Part shown: piece by piece, positions 25,740-39,499 of the stretch
How positions within the stretch are numbered: the stretch's first letter is position 1
How the letters are laid out: each line of letters starts with the position of its first letter
Assembly (NCBI RefSeq): GCF_009914755.1
Contig: NC_060939.1
DNA length: 64,000 bases
DNA from: the human T2T-CHM13v2.0 reference genome, Homo sapiens
Direction: 5' to 3' (one strand)
Notes under the pieces: generated by a model
The model's input: the letters and a program-made list of their open reading frames with translations, nothing else
The model's database searches: none
What the model was told of the DNA's origin: nothing
Made by a program: the position numbers and the translations under genes

Positions 25740-28339
25740 ATGTATGTACTAGTATGTATAAATACTCAAAGACACAGAGTCAATATCAGTTAATTTCATA
25801 GTGGTGACAAAGCTATATATCCAAGTTCAGAGTTGTAACTTTAACTGTTTAGTGTATTAATGCCTCACTGGGCTCATGGATGCTACATATTCTCCACTAC
25901 TTGTTTACTAGCTTGTCAAAATTATTCAATATATGCAGTGTCACAGAGCACATGGTCACATCTCATATGTCTGCTTCAAGGGCAGGACCAACGTGACCTT
26001 TACTTTTTCTTTTACACGGGATAAAATCATTCTTTAGGAACAATGTCTATTTGCACAGCTACCCAATCTGCTATTGAAGCAGTCTCAATCTTCTTCAATA
26101 TTGCTTGTTAAATGTTTATAGTTAATTTTATAGTAAAGGGCTAGATGTCTGAATATTTTCAAATGCATTCTCTATTGGAGTGGGTTTTAACTGTTCTTCT
26201 TTCACTATGTTTTATAAGATCGAAAACAGACACATAGAAAATAATGAAGTGGCTTAAAAAATTCTTTCTTGGATAATGAAAAACCTGTATCATATAGAAG
26301 AATAGAAGACTGCTTCCAAACATCCTCTGACTTGGAAGACAGTTACACATTTGTCTGTTACGTATTTCTCATCCAGAAGCAAATATTAACCAGTCAACAT
26401 CGAATGCCATTTGATTTCATCCCCTTTGGCTTGGAAAACCTATGACTACCCACACTCAGGGGCCATCGGCATGGAAAGTATTAGTTCCTGTGCAGCCCAG
26501 GAGCTCTATAGGAAGCGGTGGAATCCCAAAGGTGGGTTGAAAGGTTCAAATCATAGCCAAGAAAAATAACTTCAGTCACTGTCAACGGTCAATATCATTT
26601 AAATCTCTAGAAATCTTATGAAAAAAAGATAAAAATTAAAAATAATGGCTTTCTTTAGGGTCCTTCCCACAGCAATGATTCAGAATACTACATTTTTAGA
26701 CAGGGGAGGAGAAAATCATAATGCCCGGTAGAGGGGAGATGTAATTTTATTATCTGGCAAGATAGCGGCTTCATCATTAAAAAATTCAACCAACTAGAAT
26801 ACAGCGTCCTTTGACCTAGCAGATAAAAGGTCAGACAGCAATTTTGAATAATAAATGAGACCTGTTGACCTGATGACCCAAATCTGGCAGGGTGAGTGTT
26901 TCCTCTTTCACAGATGCAGACACACACACCAAGACAGCTCAGCTAATGAGCTGCCTCAACCCAGGTTGTGGGTGCTGCAGTGTTTTCGTGTTATGTAGCA
27001 CGGGGAGAACAAATTTCTGAAGCTGTTGTGTCATGTAAAGTGATATTTATAGAAATATTTCTATTGTGGCTTTTAAGGAGACTCTTTCCTGAGTTCCCAA
27101 TGTTTCTATTTAGTTGTTGAATTGAGTAGAAACCTAAACATTGGTCAAGGTATTTCTTCCACCTCTGATTTCCTTTATTATTTTAGCACTGGCAAAGAAG
27201 AAAGGAAATGCTATATGCATTTCACTTATATTAACAGCAAGGTGATTTTATGAGAATTTTCTAAAAATGGGAATGAACCTAAATGTGACTCTTTCACTTC
27301 ATTTTGGTGCAAATAGTCCTTGTATTTAGATAACGGATGTAGAAGTACAAGGTATTAAGCTATATGGATATTTGTGACATAGTAATTAGTTTAAATGTTT
27401 AACTTTATTTGAGTAACACAGTGATGTAATTTGAAACCTTAAAAATTTCCAACTAAAATGAAAACAGAAATATGGCTTTAAACTAAACTATCCATCCCTA
27501 CAATTTTAATCCTTAAAATTTTCATTATTGCTTTTGGAAAATAACAGCTGTTACAAAGTAAACTTGGTAAATGTTTACATTCTTTTTGATAAATATCCTA
27601 TAATATGTCTAATTTTGACACTTTTGCTTAATAACATGTATAGTGCCTTTGTGTTTACTTGGTATTCTTTTCAATAAAAGATTTCAGGAGCCTGGCCAAA
27701 TTCCAGTTTAGCTAATTATATTTCTCTTGCTAGGTCCCCTTTTAGCTTTCAACTGACTATGATAGTCTTCTTCACTCTTCATGTTAAACTCTTGCCAATT
27801 TTTGAATTGCAGAAGAGCCATTTGGTAAAATAACATTGTCTCTACTTGTAGTAATATCACACAGATGAGTAAAAATTGTTTTGAACCAATTTTTTGTTAT
27901 TTACCATAAATTGGAAAAAAAAAACTTAACAATGAAGGATTTAGAGAAACCCTCACCATATATTTATCACAATTTCCCATTATCTTCCCAAAACAGAAAG
28001 ACAAAATGGCAGCCAAAGCTGGTTCAGTTGGTTTCAAGCCTGTTCAATTTGCTGTAACTGAATAAATGCATATAGAAGACTTTTGGTGTGCAGAGCCCTA
28101 GTAAGCATCATTGTGTTGTGTTGCAAAAATTTTGCTTTGTGCATATTGAACTTTTCCAGAAAGTCACAACTTTTCCAAAGTAAAGGCACTTGACCTAGAT
28201 TTATGGGTGAGGTCCCATTCTAATTAGTAACATGGAATACTACTGCTACATAGATATACATCAGCTGAACTGTGATACAGGAGAAGAAAGGAAGTGAGTT
28301 TACAGGGAGTGAGGAAAAATGACACCTTATGTATGTGTT

Positions 28340-28765
28340 TTGTGGAGCACTTCTCTGTCCCGTCTACACACTTCACATTTATTTTTACATAACCTCACTA
28401 CAAACTCACGTAGAATATATGTAGTTTTGTGTTGGTAAATGTTTAATAAAAGCAAACAAACAAAAACCCCGATTTGTACTATTTGTCAATTTTTATGGTA
28501 CAAATACTCCCACCATAACTAATTTCAAGCTACCAAAATGATGTCACTATGTACAAAGCTGAGGAGAGATGCATACAATTGGCTGTCAGGAGCTGGTGTT
28601 AGCTGGCTCCATCACACCACTGAGTATAGAGGGGCTATTGGTATCTTCATTTTGGAGTCAAGGAAACTGATACGGAGAGATTTAATGATTCATCTGAGAT
28701 GGAGAAGCAAAGAATAGCAGGGCTGGTACTTAGACATCTTTTATTACCAGGTTCTGAGTTTTTCT
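28340..28765 (-). mobile_element. MIR interrupted by MER63A
   Basis: 'aacctcactacaaactc' left of the insert; 'cttcattttggagtcaaggaaactgatacggagaga' right of it. Confidence 0.6.
28422..28622 (-). mobile_element. MER63A hAT-Blackjack MITE
   Basis: TIRs 'tagttttgtgttgg' / 'ccatcacaccactg'; internal 'aaatactcccaccat...tttcaagctacca'. Confidence 0.8.
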
Positions 28766-31700
28766 CCACTTTCTACAATGTGAAGCCATTTAAGATAAAA
28801 AAAAAAAAGGCAGGAAGTGTAAGTGCGGGAAGGGTAAGGAAACTGTGCACCAACTCAGGAAGTGCACGTGCACTTCACGGAGGACAGAGGCAGGGCGGAC
28901 CCACGAAAGACTTCAGAGCAGAGGCAGACACAAAGGAAAGAAACACTGGGAGACAAAGATGCAGACAAAGAAGAAAGAAATAGATCTGGGGGAAACCGGG
29001 AAATGTAGGGGGAGAGAGATAAAGAGAGAGAGAACATGTGCAAGTAAGCATTTTGGATAAAGAATACTCAACTTTTATATCAGTTTTCTCCTTCTGGCTC
29101 ATTTGCCTCTTTCCCACTTTTATCTCTCGTCCTTCATGTTGTAATAAATATATTTTTTTGTTTGTGGTATTCTTTGTAGTTTTGTTAATATAGCAAACCA
29201 GCTAATGTTTTATATTTCACTCGACTCTCCTACTATTTCACCCTATCACCCATAATTCAATTAAATTAAAATGAACTTTGATTTATTTGTTTTACATTCA
29301 GACCACTTATTTGATTATTTTGCTGGGTCAATGGTTTGCCATTTAAAAAAATATATATTTCTCAGCCCTTTACTGTAGTATTACCTTGCAAAGACAAAGG
29401 GTTTCACATCCATTACCTAAAAAGTCTTACAGCACTCCTTCAGAAGAAAGGGCTATTAATTTTATTTTACAAAATAAAGAAAGACAAAAGGAATGAACTA
29501 ATTGTTTAACAAATAGCAAAATGAACTGAGGCTTGAATCTGTGTTTCTACATTATTATTCTCTAATATGTAGCTATATTACACTGTTTCAAAACCAAAAT
29601 ATACAGTAAAATCTTTAAACACATTTTCTTTGAAAATAAATGTTTGGATGACAATGTATTCCATCATTTATCTATGGAGAAAACAAATAATAATGCTCTA
29701 TTTTAATTGCCAGTGTAAAAGTTTAAGGCATAATAAAGAGGTAAATATATAAATGAGGCAATACAATGTCCATCCTTGGAGAAAATATTTTACCAACAGT
29801 TAAATAATGAGATTGAGTAACTGAGTATCAGGATATAAATTATAATGATGAAAACCATTTTAACTTATCAGCATAAGAACAAATTGTTAAGTTAGAGTAT
29901 TGTTAGAACTAAAGGTTTGTGTTCCTTTCTTCATTTTAGTTTTCATTCTGTTGCAAATAAGTCACTTTTTCCCTAATCTATTACTTCAAAGAATTCACAT
30001 AAGTGTTTCTAGCAGACTGCCTATAGTAGGGTCTGGAAATCAGCAGGGTGACATTCAGCAGTGTTCCTGTACATGGATGGATGGAACTGACTTATCAACT
30101 GTCACCCATATCACCCAAATCATCCATGTGAAGAAGGCTGACTTGGCATTGAGCTGGCAATTATCTGGTGAACCCAGCCTAGTAAACTGCCCAAACTGAT
30201 AAAAGTTCAAAGAATAAATATAATTGCATTGGGAAATCATAGAGAATCCTTTTTGATGATTCAAAATGCAATATCTTGAATGGATTCAATCCACTATAGC
30301 ATGCTCATCAAGTCATCTAAGAAAAAAAATACAGACTGCTATTATAGGCTTTCTACAACATGGTTCAAAACCTTGCATAAACCTGGTCTTTACAGAAATG
30401 TAAATTATGAGTATAGCGCATGCTGAGTACATGTGGAAAGGTTACACACTCACTAATGTTATATAATCCATGTTACATGTATAATACATATATATACATA
30501 TAGTACACATACACATACAATAACTTGAATAATTAACTCAGGTTATTAGAGCAATGATAGAAAGGAGTTTCACTCTGAACAGATAAAAAAGGAAAGATGA
30601 ATACAATAATTTACTGAAAGAAATTTGACTTCAACAATTAAACAATAGTACTGCCAAGGTTGACTTGGCCAGAGTAAGAAACTTCACTTTAAAGGTAATT
30701 TGCTTTATTAGTTCTCAGTATATCAGGCTGTCCAAAAAGCTTGGAGGCCAACCAGCAGTGCCATAGCAGTCAGAGCAAAATGAACAATTACAGTGTCATT
30801 ATACTTAGCTTTCTAAGGTTAGGAAGTTCTTGCCTGTTTTCTAAGTGAAGGGAGCTGTGTTGTGTTCAGCATTTATTAAATTTCCCTGAACTTTCAGATT
30901 ATCTTGGAGAAAAAAACTGACTGCTGCCTTTAGTATGATAATATGAAAATCCAAAGTGAGGAGCACCAAATGTTGACTTATTTTGTGTGAGCTTAAGGGT
31001 CTCTCAGACATTACAATGGCTAAGAATTTCATCTCAAACACCACATTCAAAAAGATTATAGAGTGATTGCTTGGAAGGTGATGTTCAGAAGATTTCTAAT
31101 GTTGTATCTGGATGTCGCAAGAAACAATGCCTTGATCTACGAGCAATGTATGCCAGAAGGTAGGAATGGAGAAGCAACAGCTTACATGGCACCTTTTGAG
31201 TTCTTGTGTAATGAAATCTGGCTGAGGTCAAGAGAGATCAGCCCGTGAGCCTGGAAAAGTGACCACCGACCATCCTGAGGCTCAGTTAAATGAAGGAGGT
31301 GTTCCTAGATAATCTCCAAGGCTCTCATTAGCCTTAGAATGATTTAATAGCATCTAAGGTTTCTATAATAATATTACAGTTCAAAAAATGTTTTACATAT
31401 ATTAATTTCTCATATTATTATTACTAGGTTTTAGAAAAAAACTAAAGCTCAAAGTGGCTAGCCAGGATGACACAGATTGAGGAGGTGAGATTCAAATGTT
31501 AGTTTCCACCCAATGTATTTGGCATGTCCGTAGAAGTGTACATTGGTATGGTTATTGTAGTGAATAATGGGTAGAGGTGACCTCTTCCCTCGTTGATGCT
31601 GAAACAGGGGCACTGGTGGAATCTGGAGCAGTGGGTTCCCCGAGTAGAGGACTCAGAACAAAGGCCCAGGTCACTATCTTTCCACAGACATTGACTGACA

Positions 31701-34700
31701 CAGCTCCACTTCTACTATAAATGTGTCCTAGAATCTATTGCTCATTCTATAGTAGGAATTCATAGACTCCAATATTAATTTTAACATTTTATCCAGTCTT
31801 AATGGCAATTATCCTTAATAATTATCCTTAGTTGTCAACATTAAAAACATTATCCATGACATCTTTAATTCCGGTTTGCCTCGTCCTATCACCTGGCAGA
31901 TTTTTGGCCTTGATCCAGAAGACTCCAACCATTCAAGCCAAACATATTTACAACTGTGGTATAAGAAAGTAGCCCTGATGTTTACAAACAAAAACGAATT
32001 CTGAAAAATGTGCTCTAAAGTTAATACTATGTATCACATTAGACAATTGAAACTTCATTAAATATCACTCCATAGATACTATCCCCCATCTTTCATCTTT
32101 ATGGAAATGGCTTAGGGGTGGAGTGAAGGAGAAGCAAAGATTATTTGATTATGTCACAAAATGATGATTTAGCAATTCAACATCCCATTAAAGTATGTTT
32201 AATGGGATGCTGAATTGATTTCTTAATTTATAAATTCAAAAAGTTAAAGTCCACTCACTAGGTTGCTGTGTAAGAAAGAACCCTGTAATGTATTCCAAAA
32301 CCTTATGTAGATGATTTCTTGATTTTATTTATAACTTTTTTCTTCCAATGGAGCCAATGACTGAGGCTGGCCTATTCTGATGCATAGCAGTAAATGGCAC
32401 CTGCCTTTTGATTTCATTTGTTTGACGGGATTTTTAGTGAGGCAAGAAATGACTTCAGAATAAAAGTCTCTTAATGAAACTTAATTTTTTAGCCTTTAAA
32501 AATGGGACATTCTATTTCTTAGCTTATTCCAGGTGCATACTTAAAATGTGCATGATTTTTATTAAAATCCACATTCTTGGAGAGTTAGAATCTCAGGCAT
32601 ACCTTGAAGCATCTCTTCAGTTTATCAATGTATGATTCAAACTCAAGCTTTTAGTTCACAGAAATATAGCCCAAAAGCAACGCCAACGTTAAATGGTTAT
32701 TTACTTATAACTTGCTAATGTACTTTTCTCCCTGAGTATTGGCATTTCTTTTTTTTTTTATTTTAGGATTGGGAAACATGGATTTTGCTACTGCCATAGT
32801 AGCCTTGGTTTCTTTTAGCCATGGACTAGAAAGAAGAAAGAGTCCTCATTCGCAATTCACACAAACTGTAATGATGATACACATGTGGATTTTTTTTAAA
32901 GTACAATGAAAGTTTAAGAAAAAACATGCAGGTTTTCTAAAAATGTTTTGTAAAGATTAGGTGAAGATCAGTCTCCCCAACAGACTCTTATTTTTCCTTA
33001 CAATATCTGTAGGAAAAAGCTCATTTGCAGACAGCTGCAATATGAGCTTCCTTTCCTTGCCCTGTCATTGACCTCCAACCTGATCTGAAAGAACCACCTT
33101 CTTTCAAAGTGAGAAGTTATTCATTTACCATAATAGCTCTATTCGGGGCCTCCTTAACAGAAACTAGCAATTGTGCCCAAACAAGAAGGTTTTGTGATCC
33201 TGACTACCGTTCTTACACAGGAGGACAAAACCAATAGGAAATTTCCGTTCCGACAGCCACAGTAGGCGGCCATAAAGTTGGTGTTTAAAACTATGGCTTA
33301 TGTGTGGTGATCACAAAAAGAGAAAGAAAAATCATTAGGAGTTTGCACTTGCTCTGGTTATGTACTGGGGTTTGCCAATTATGTTCTCTTAACTCGACAG
33401 CTTATTCATTGAGCAAGAGCTGCTATATTAGAGGTTAGCTGACAGTCTGCAGTGTGCAACTTAAAATAAAACCACTTTATGAAGAGGAGTGAGAAATATA
33501 AATGATAAGCCTATTGGATAATCATTAGAAATAAATAAAAAGCCTTTGATACATGCAGTTAGTCACAAGCATTACAAGTTGAAATGCAGTCCAGTGTTAA
33601 AGAGACAGTTTAGAAGCACATGGCACATTTATCACAACTCCACAGACAAGTTATTGAGCTGTCTGTGAAAAAACAGAGCCAAACAGGAAAGCTTTCAGCA
33701 GTCAGCAGCAGTTGAGGTCCTTGATTGATATAGCTAGATGATGAAAAGCTGTCCGATGGCTTTCTGCAAAATAAAGTGAAGGAACTCAAGGTCTTTCATG
33801 GTGCTCTCTGACCAGAGATGAACAGCTACTTTATTATGGCCCAGATTGAGGTTGTGCCTTACTTCACATTCTGCTACTTTCTGATGCACACGGTAGGGGT
33901 TTGACATCTTCACATTAAAAAACAACAACAAAACAAAACAAGTTCACTATAAAGGACAGAATACCGCACTGGTTAGAAGCTCAGATTCTTTACTTGTCCT
34001 TACGAGCAACTCTTTTAACTGTAGAGATGTAAAGGATGAGAATAAGTATTATCCTAGAGATCCCATGGCGACCCACCCCTTCCTTCCTGTGCAGTTTCAC
34101 TCCAAAGCATCACAAACCAGGATATTCACTGCCATGACCCTGATACACCAGGTTATTTTTTTTCCAAGAATTAAGATGCAGTACTTATTTTTATTTTGTG
34201 CTCTAAAATAGAGAATGGCCTTTAGATAAGACATAAATAACTTTGGAAGTCTAGTTTAAGTTTTTTAGTTGCTTTGAGCAGTTTCAATGACTGGAATTTA
34301 TTTTGCTAAGGAGTTTAACAGCAAATAATACAATGGTATGACCCTTGTCTTTAGCTTGATTCTTGTCAACTAAAATTATTAACCTTAAAATAACCACACT
34401 GCATTCTTCTCATTATATTCATTTGTGTCCTCCCAGCCCCGGCCCCCCAAAAAAAACACAGGGAGAGAATGAATGAGGAGAAAAAAGAAAGAGACTTGCT
34501 CTAGAATCATTTTAAAAACATTATATTCTTCCACACTCTCTCTTCTTATCTAATTCCCAGACTTCACTCTCCCTAAAGATATTATTACCACAGTCCTTTG
34601 TTTGAGATTAGAACTTCATAAATCTTCAGTTCTACTCTTTTATTGGCATTTTAGAGTTGTATTATTTGATTTTGAGTATCATAAACTGCACTGTTCAGAA

Positions 34701-35154
34701 CACCTGGAATTTTTACCTTCAATAAATGAGACAACTGGTGTAGCACATTCAACCAAAAGGACTTCATTTGAAATTAATTCTGGTAAGGATATAGCTATTT
34801 CTAAAACTTAAATGCACTACTAAGACCTAGTATTAGTTCTCCTCTCTCTCCAAAAATATTAGAAATTTTACTCTATTTTTAAACTTCCTGAGGAAAAAAG
34901 CAAACATATTGAAAGCTTTTATTCTGTCCAGAACCCAAATTCATATCCCAAATATAAATATATAAATCAAAGTAATTAAAAAAATCAAAATTTAACATAG
35001 TTTTACTTTGCTTAAAGCCGTCAGCAAAGAGGGTATTCCTCTACATAAAATAAGTGCATACTTTGCTGCATTCTGGTTCTATTTCCTCATACAAATAAAG
35101 GAGGAAAATGATTAATTTCTCCCTAGAAACTCATATATTTCCAAAACCTCAATT

Positions 35155-35287
35155 TCTTGTTATCCAAAGTGCCTGTTACCTGGGGAATTCTTAGAGAATC
35201 TCAGGCCTCACCCCAAAAGAGTAAGAACTAGCATTTTAACAAGTTCCCTGGGTGATTCATATGCCTACTCAAGTTTCAAAAGCCCTG
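35155..35287. mobile_element. MER5-family MITE (partial)
   Basis: 'aatctcaggcctcacccc...gcattttaacaagttccctgggtgattcatatgc...aagtttcaaaagccctg'. Confidence 0.7.
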
Positions 35288-35295
35288 CTTTAATG

Positions 35296-35477
35296 CAGTA
35301 CTTCTAAACTCTGTCTGCATTTTAGGTTCACCTGAGGACCTCTTAGAAAATACAGATGCCAGCACCCTACTATAGACCAATTAAATCAAAATTTTTGACA
35401 GTAGGGCTCAACCACTGATATTTTTTAAAAGCTCCCCAGGTAATTCAAGTGTGCATCCAGAGATGGGACCACCACTG
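35296..35477. mobile_element. MER5B/MER5A1-like MITE
   Basis: 'cagtacttctaaact...aaagctccccaggtaattc...accaccactg'. Confidence 0.75.
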
Positions 35478-35604
35478 TAATCAAAGCTATGTAACCTGTT
35501 TTGTTTATCTTTTTATGGTAGCCACTAGAAAGCTCAAGTAGTTAACATGAATCTTTTTAGGTAATTTATTGTTAATTGAGTTATATTAAGAACAAGAAAC
35601 AAGA

Positions 35605-35835
35605 TAACATTAATACATTTTTATCTCATGCTAGTCATTGCACTAAGCTCTTTTTAAATAAATTTTCTCATTTAATGCTCAAAGCAATGTCAGTCTTCCT
35701 ATTTTACATAAAAGCAAACTGAGACCAGGAGGGGTTGAAAAAATTAAGGTGAGATAGTCCTTAATTAGTAGTAGAACATCCAGAACTTAAAACCAGTTAT
35801 TTTTGACTACAGAGTTTACATTCTTAAATCCTTGT
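35605..35835 (-). mobile_element. MIR
   Basis: 'ctcatttaatgctca...cctattttacataaaagcaaactgagacc'. Confidence 0.7.
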
Positions 35836-35994
35836 TACTACTTTGCATATTCAATTCTTGCAGCTTTTTTCCAACCTGTGGCCTAGTTTTCTCTTAATTG
35901 CCCCCCACCCCAATTATTTCTTAATTCCTGGCTTTGGTTTGTACTCTAGAATGAAAAGTGGACCTCAAAGTTTAGTGTAAATTAGAAGCAACTG

Positions 35995-36127
35995 AGAGTT
36001 TGTTAAAACACAAGTTGCTGATTCAGTAGGTCTTGGATACAACCCCTAAATTTGTAATTCCAAAGAATTCCCAGGTGATGCTGATGCTGCTGGTCCAGGG
36101 ACAAAACCAAGTTTTAAGAATCAGTGG
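35995..36127. mobile_element. MER5A fragment
   Basis: 'ctgattcagtaggtct...ttcccaggtgatgctgatgctgctggtccagggac'. Confidence 0.8.
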
Positions 36128-37030
36128 GCTAGATTAGTTGTGATGGCTCTTATGATGTTACCTGCCTTCATTACAAATTTCCTCAAATCATTTATGTAAA
36201 TTGAAAAGTTATGAATAAGTAAAAACAGGAAAGAAGAGAGGGATGATGATATATAAATGATGTTAATAAGAATGGATAAAAATAAAACTTCAAGTAAGAA
36301 GTGATTTCCTATCCCCTACTGCAAACCCTTCCCAAGAGATAAATGGACTTCAGCATTCTTTTCTCCACAAAGTTATAATTAGACTTGGTATATGATGGCA
36401 GGCAATGCAGGTATTCTAAAAGTCAAATAAACTTATATTATGACATTGTTTAGAAAATAAATGAGCAATGATGAACAATTTTAAGGTCTTCTATGCCTTG
36501 TGTTCTCTAAGTTACTTAAATCATACCAAGATACATTTAATTATTCGATGAAATGTTTTGCTTGAGGTTATAAACTGCAGTGTCTGAAACAATAAAAGCG
36601 AGGGAATTTTTAAAAATTTATCTCAGTGATTTATGCTCTTAGTGCAAAGCTGACAATTTAAAATATACACTTGGTTTTTCTTCATCACTTTCGGAAAGAA
36701 ATTTTCCACGTAACAAAATAGTAGCTAGAAAAATGGTCCTAATTATTTGTGTTGGATATTGGTAAGATGTGATTGAGAGAATAGTGTTTACATGAATCAG
36801 TTTCAGCAAAGACACATCCTTAGAACTTTATGATTTAAAGTTAACAAGCAGACTAATTTATTAAATTGGAAATTAGGTATATAATATAAAATTATTTTAA
36901 GTCTCTCTACCTGGACTGAGTAAAATTTAAAAGAAACTAATTTCATCTTTCACTTACGACTTCAGTGACATGTACTTCATTTGAGCTGTTAAAATAAAGG
37001 AAAGCAAGATCTGCCTGTTATAAAATAGAT

Positions 37031-37160
37031 ATTTTTATTTATTTATTTTTTAACTTTTAATTTAGGATTGGGGGTACATGTGAAGGTTTGGTACATAGGT
37101 AAACACATGTCATGGGGGTTTGTTGTACATATTATTTCATCACCCAGGTATTAAGCCCAT
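37031..37160 (-). mobile_element. Short L1PA (about PA10-13) 3' end
   Basis: T-rich tail then 'ggggtacatgtgaaggtttggtacataggtaaac...catcacccaggtattaagcc'. Confidence 0.85.
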
Positions 37161-38869
37161 TTAAAAATGTTTATTAATACCCCCAAACTAGGTTTGAGGT
37201 GAAGCTGTTTGCTAAATGATTAATCTAGTAATAGGAATGTCAGATGGAACACAATTTTTAAGATTTTTTTTTAATCTGAAATACTGTTCTTGCAGAATGT
37301 TGGTTGGATGACACAAAGAGCACAGGCTTGCCTATCACACTGATTACTTGATGTAATAGTAAGCAAGCTTAAGTGAACTGTGTGTCTTCAATCTTTCCAA
37401 TCACTTAGGGATGGGCATCGGAGCTCGTCATCCATCATCCCTGGTCTGAAACATACAGTGCATCAGCAATCTTGGGCTGACCTAAATGATAGTAAAAGCC
37501 GCTATGCTGTTCACAATAAGAAATTGTTGTCCGCTGAATTACAGGTTTGTGATTAGATTGCTAACATGGCCAACTTGATGTATAAGTGAAGTGTCCAGGG
37601 AAGATATTCTTTAGGATCTTCTGAAGATTAATTTATACCCTTGAAATGCAGACCAATCACAGAGTCAAAAAATATGTCAAGGTGTTTTTCTTGCAACCAA
37701 GAAAGCCCAGCTGTTTTAACAGTCATTAATTCATTTCTGGCACCTTTATCTGCAAAAGAATTTAATAAACAAGGGGTCTAATGGCTATCATCTTGGCATG
37801 GCTAGAATTGCTCAATCTGATAATTGATTTTTTTGGAGGCAAATTTATATGAGGAATAGTTATATACTGTTAAGAATATAAACCTGAAATGTCAACTGCT
37901 TCTCATAATTTAAATTTTTACATTTAAACAATTTTAAATTTGCTAAAATGCCTATCTAAAATTCCTAGCTGTGTGTTATGTTCTCATATCCTAGGACAGC
38001 ATCTAAAGATAGAAGACAAATTACCTGGTAAACATGCCATGTATTATTATTATTTTTATTTCCTTTCCTAAGATTAAAATAACTTGAATTTAAAATTAAA
38101 CTTTAAAGAAACTATCTCCAGGTCAACTGCATAGCCCTAAGAGAATATTAGCACAGGAACTAGGAGGCCACCTTGGACTTCAGGTTCTGTGTCTAAATTT
38201 TCTGTATGGCCTTCGATAAACCATTTGGCTGCTCTAACCATTAGCATCCACATTTGGTCTTATAGGAATGGTATTTTCTGACCTATCAAAGGTCTTATTC
38301 AGTAGGATGACATTTATTGCTTCCATGCCTACTGAAAATCCTTCCTTTCCAGTCACGTGGGTAAGCATAAAATGATGAAGGTGCTAGTCCTGCTGACAGC
38401 AGGCAAGAAAATAGGCAAGTACGATAATAAGCTTAGTGTGCAGAAAAACCACCCAAAAATGAAAATGCTGGGGCCAAAAGCCCAGAATCTGAGTTGACAG
38501 ATTCAGTGCTGAGCTCTGATATATACCTTTCTAATATGTCCTCCAGATAATTCTAATGCAGATAGTCCATGAGCTACAAGAAAATTTCCTAAGTGAAAGG
38601 AATTAGAGCTGGGTGCTTTGAGGTATACAGGAAAAAAACACTTGATTCAATCCTAAAAGCCTGGGAAAGGTTTTGGGGAAAGGTGCTGGAGAAATAAAAA
38701 TTTCATGAGCATATTCTGGGTACAATAAGTGTAAGATTGGGGAAAGTGTTCCCAGCAAGGGAACCTCATGAGAAAGGGAGCCCTTGGGGACTCGAGGCAG
38801 GTGAGTTTAGAAAGTTTAAGAGGCAAAAACAAGAGATGCAGTTTAAGAAGTTGAAAGGAAACTATCACG

Positions 38870-39490
38870 TAGGACTTTTTTTCTTTTCAATAAATTACTT
38901 TTTGAACACATGTGCACAGAAAAAAAGTGTGTAAAAAGAATAAACAATGAAAAGTTTTCCTTCTGTCCTCTCCCCAGCCACCCATTTCTTTTTTGGAAGG
39001 CAAACACCATTAACAGCTTCTTGCGTGTCTTTCCAGAGATGTTAAATGCATATGCAACCATGTGCCAAGACCTATTCTCCACACTCCTGTTCCAGTAAAT
39101 TAAACAGTAAGGTATACTATGCACAGTTCAGCATCTTGCTTTTTTGACCTAATGTATTTTGGATATTGAGCACATCTCCTACTTCTTTGTAAACACTGCA
39201 TGGTACTCTACTATGCACACACTATGATTTATTTTACCAGTTACATGCTGATGGACAATTAAGTTATTTTCAATCTCTTGCTCTTACAAGCAAAAATATA
39301 AAGAATTAGCTAGTACCTAAGTCATTTCAAACATGTGCACATACGTTGAATTAAAAAAAAAAACAGAATTTTTGAGTCAAAGGGTATGAGCATTTAATAT
39401 GTTGGTAGATTCTGAAAAAATGTTCTCCACAGAGGCTGTAATAATTTGCAATGTCATTTGCAAAGCATAAGCATGACTGTTTCCTTCCTC
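38870..39490 (-). mobile_element. Old L1 (L1ME/MC-like) 3' region
   Basis: 'tgatggacaattaagttattttcaatctcttgct', 'gagtcaaagggtatgagcattt'. Confidence 0.7.
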
Positions 39491-39499
39491 TCAAAAAAG

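Noticed and set aside
28699-29117. Four overlapping ORFs
   Set aside because: A purine-rich low-complexity tract lacks stops; peptides are K/R/E- or S/L-biased.
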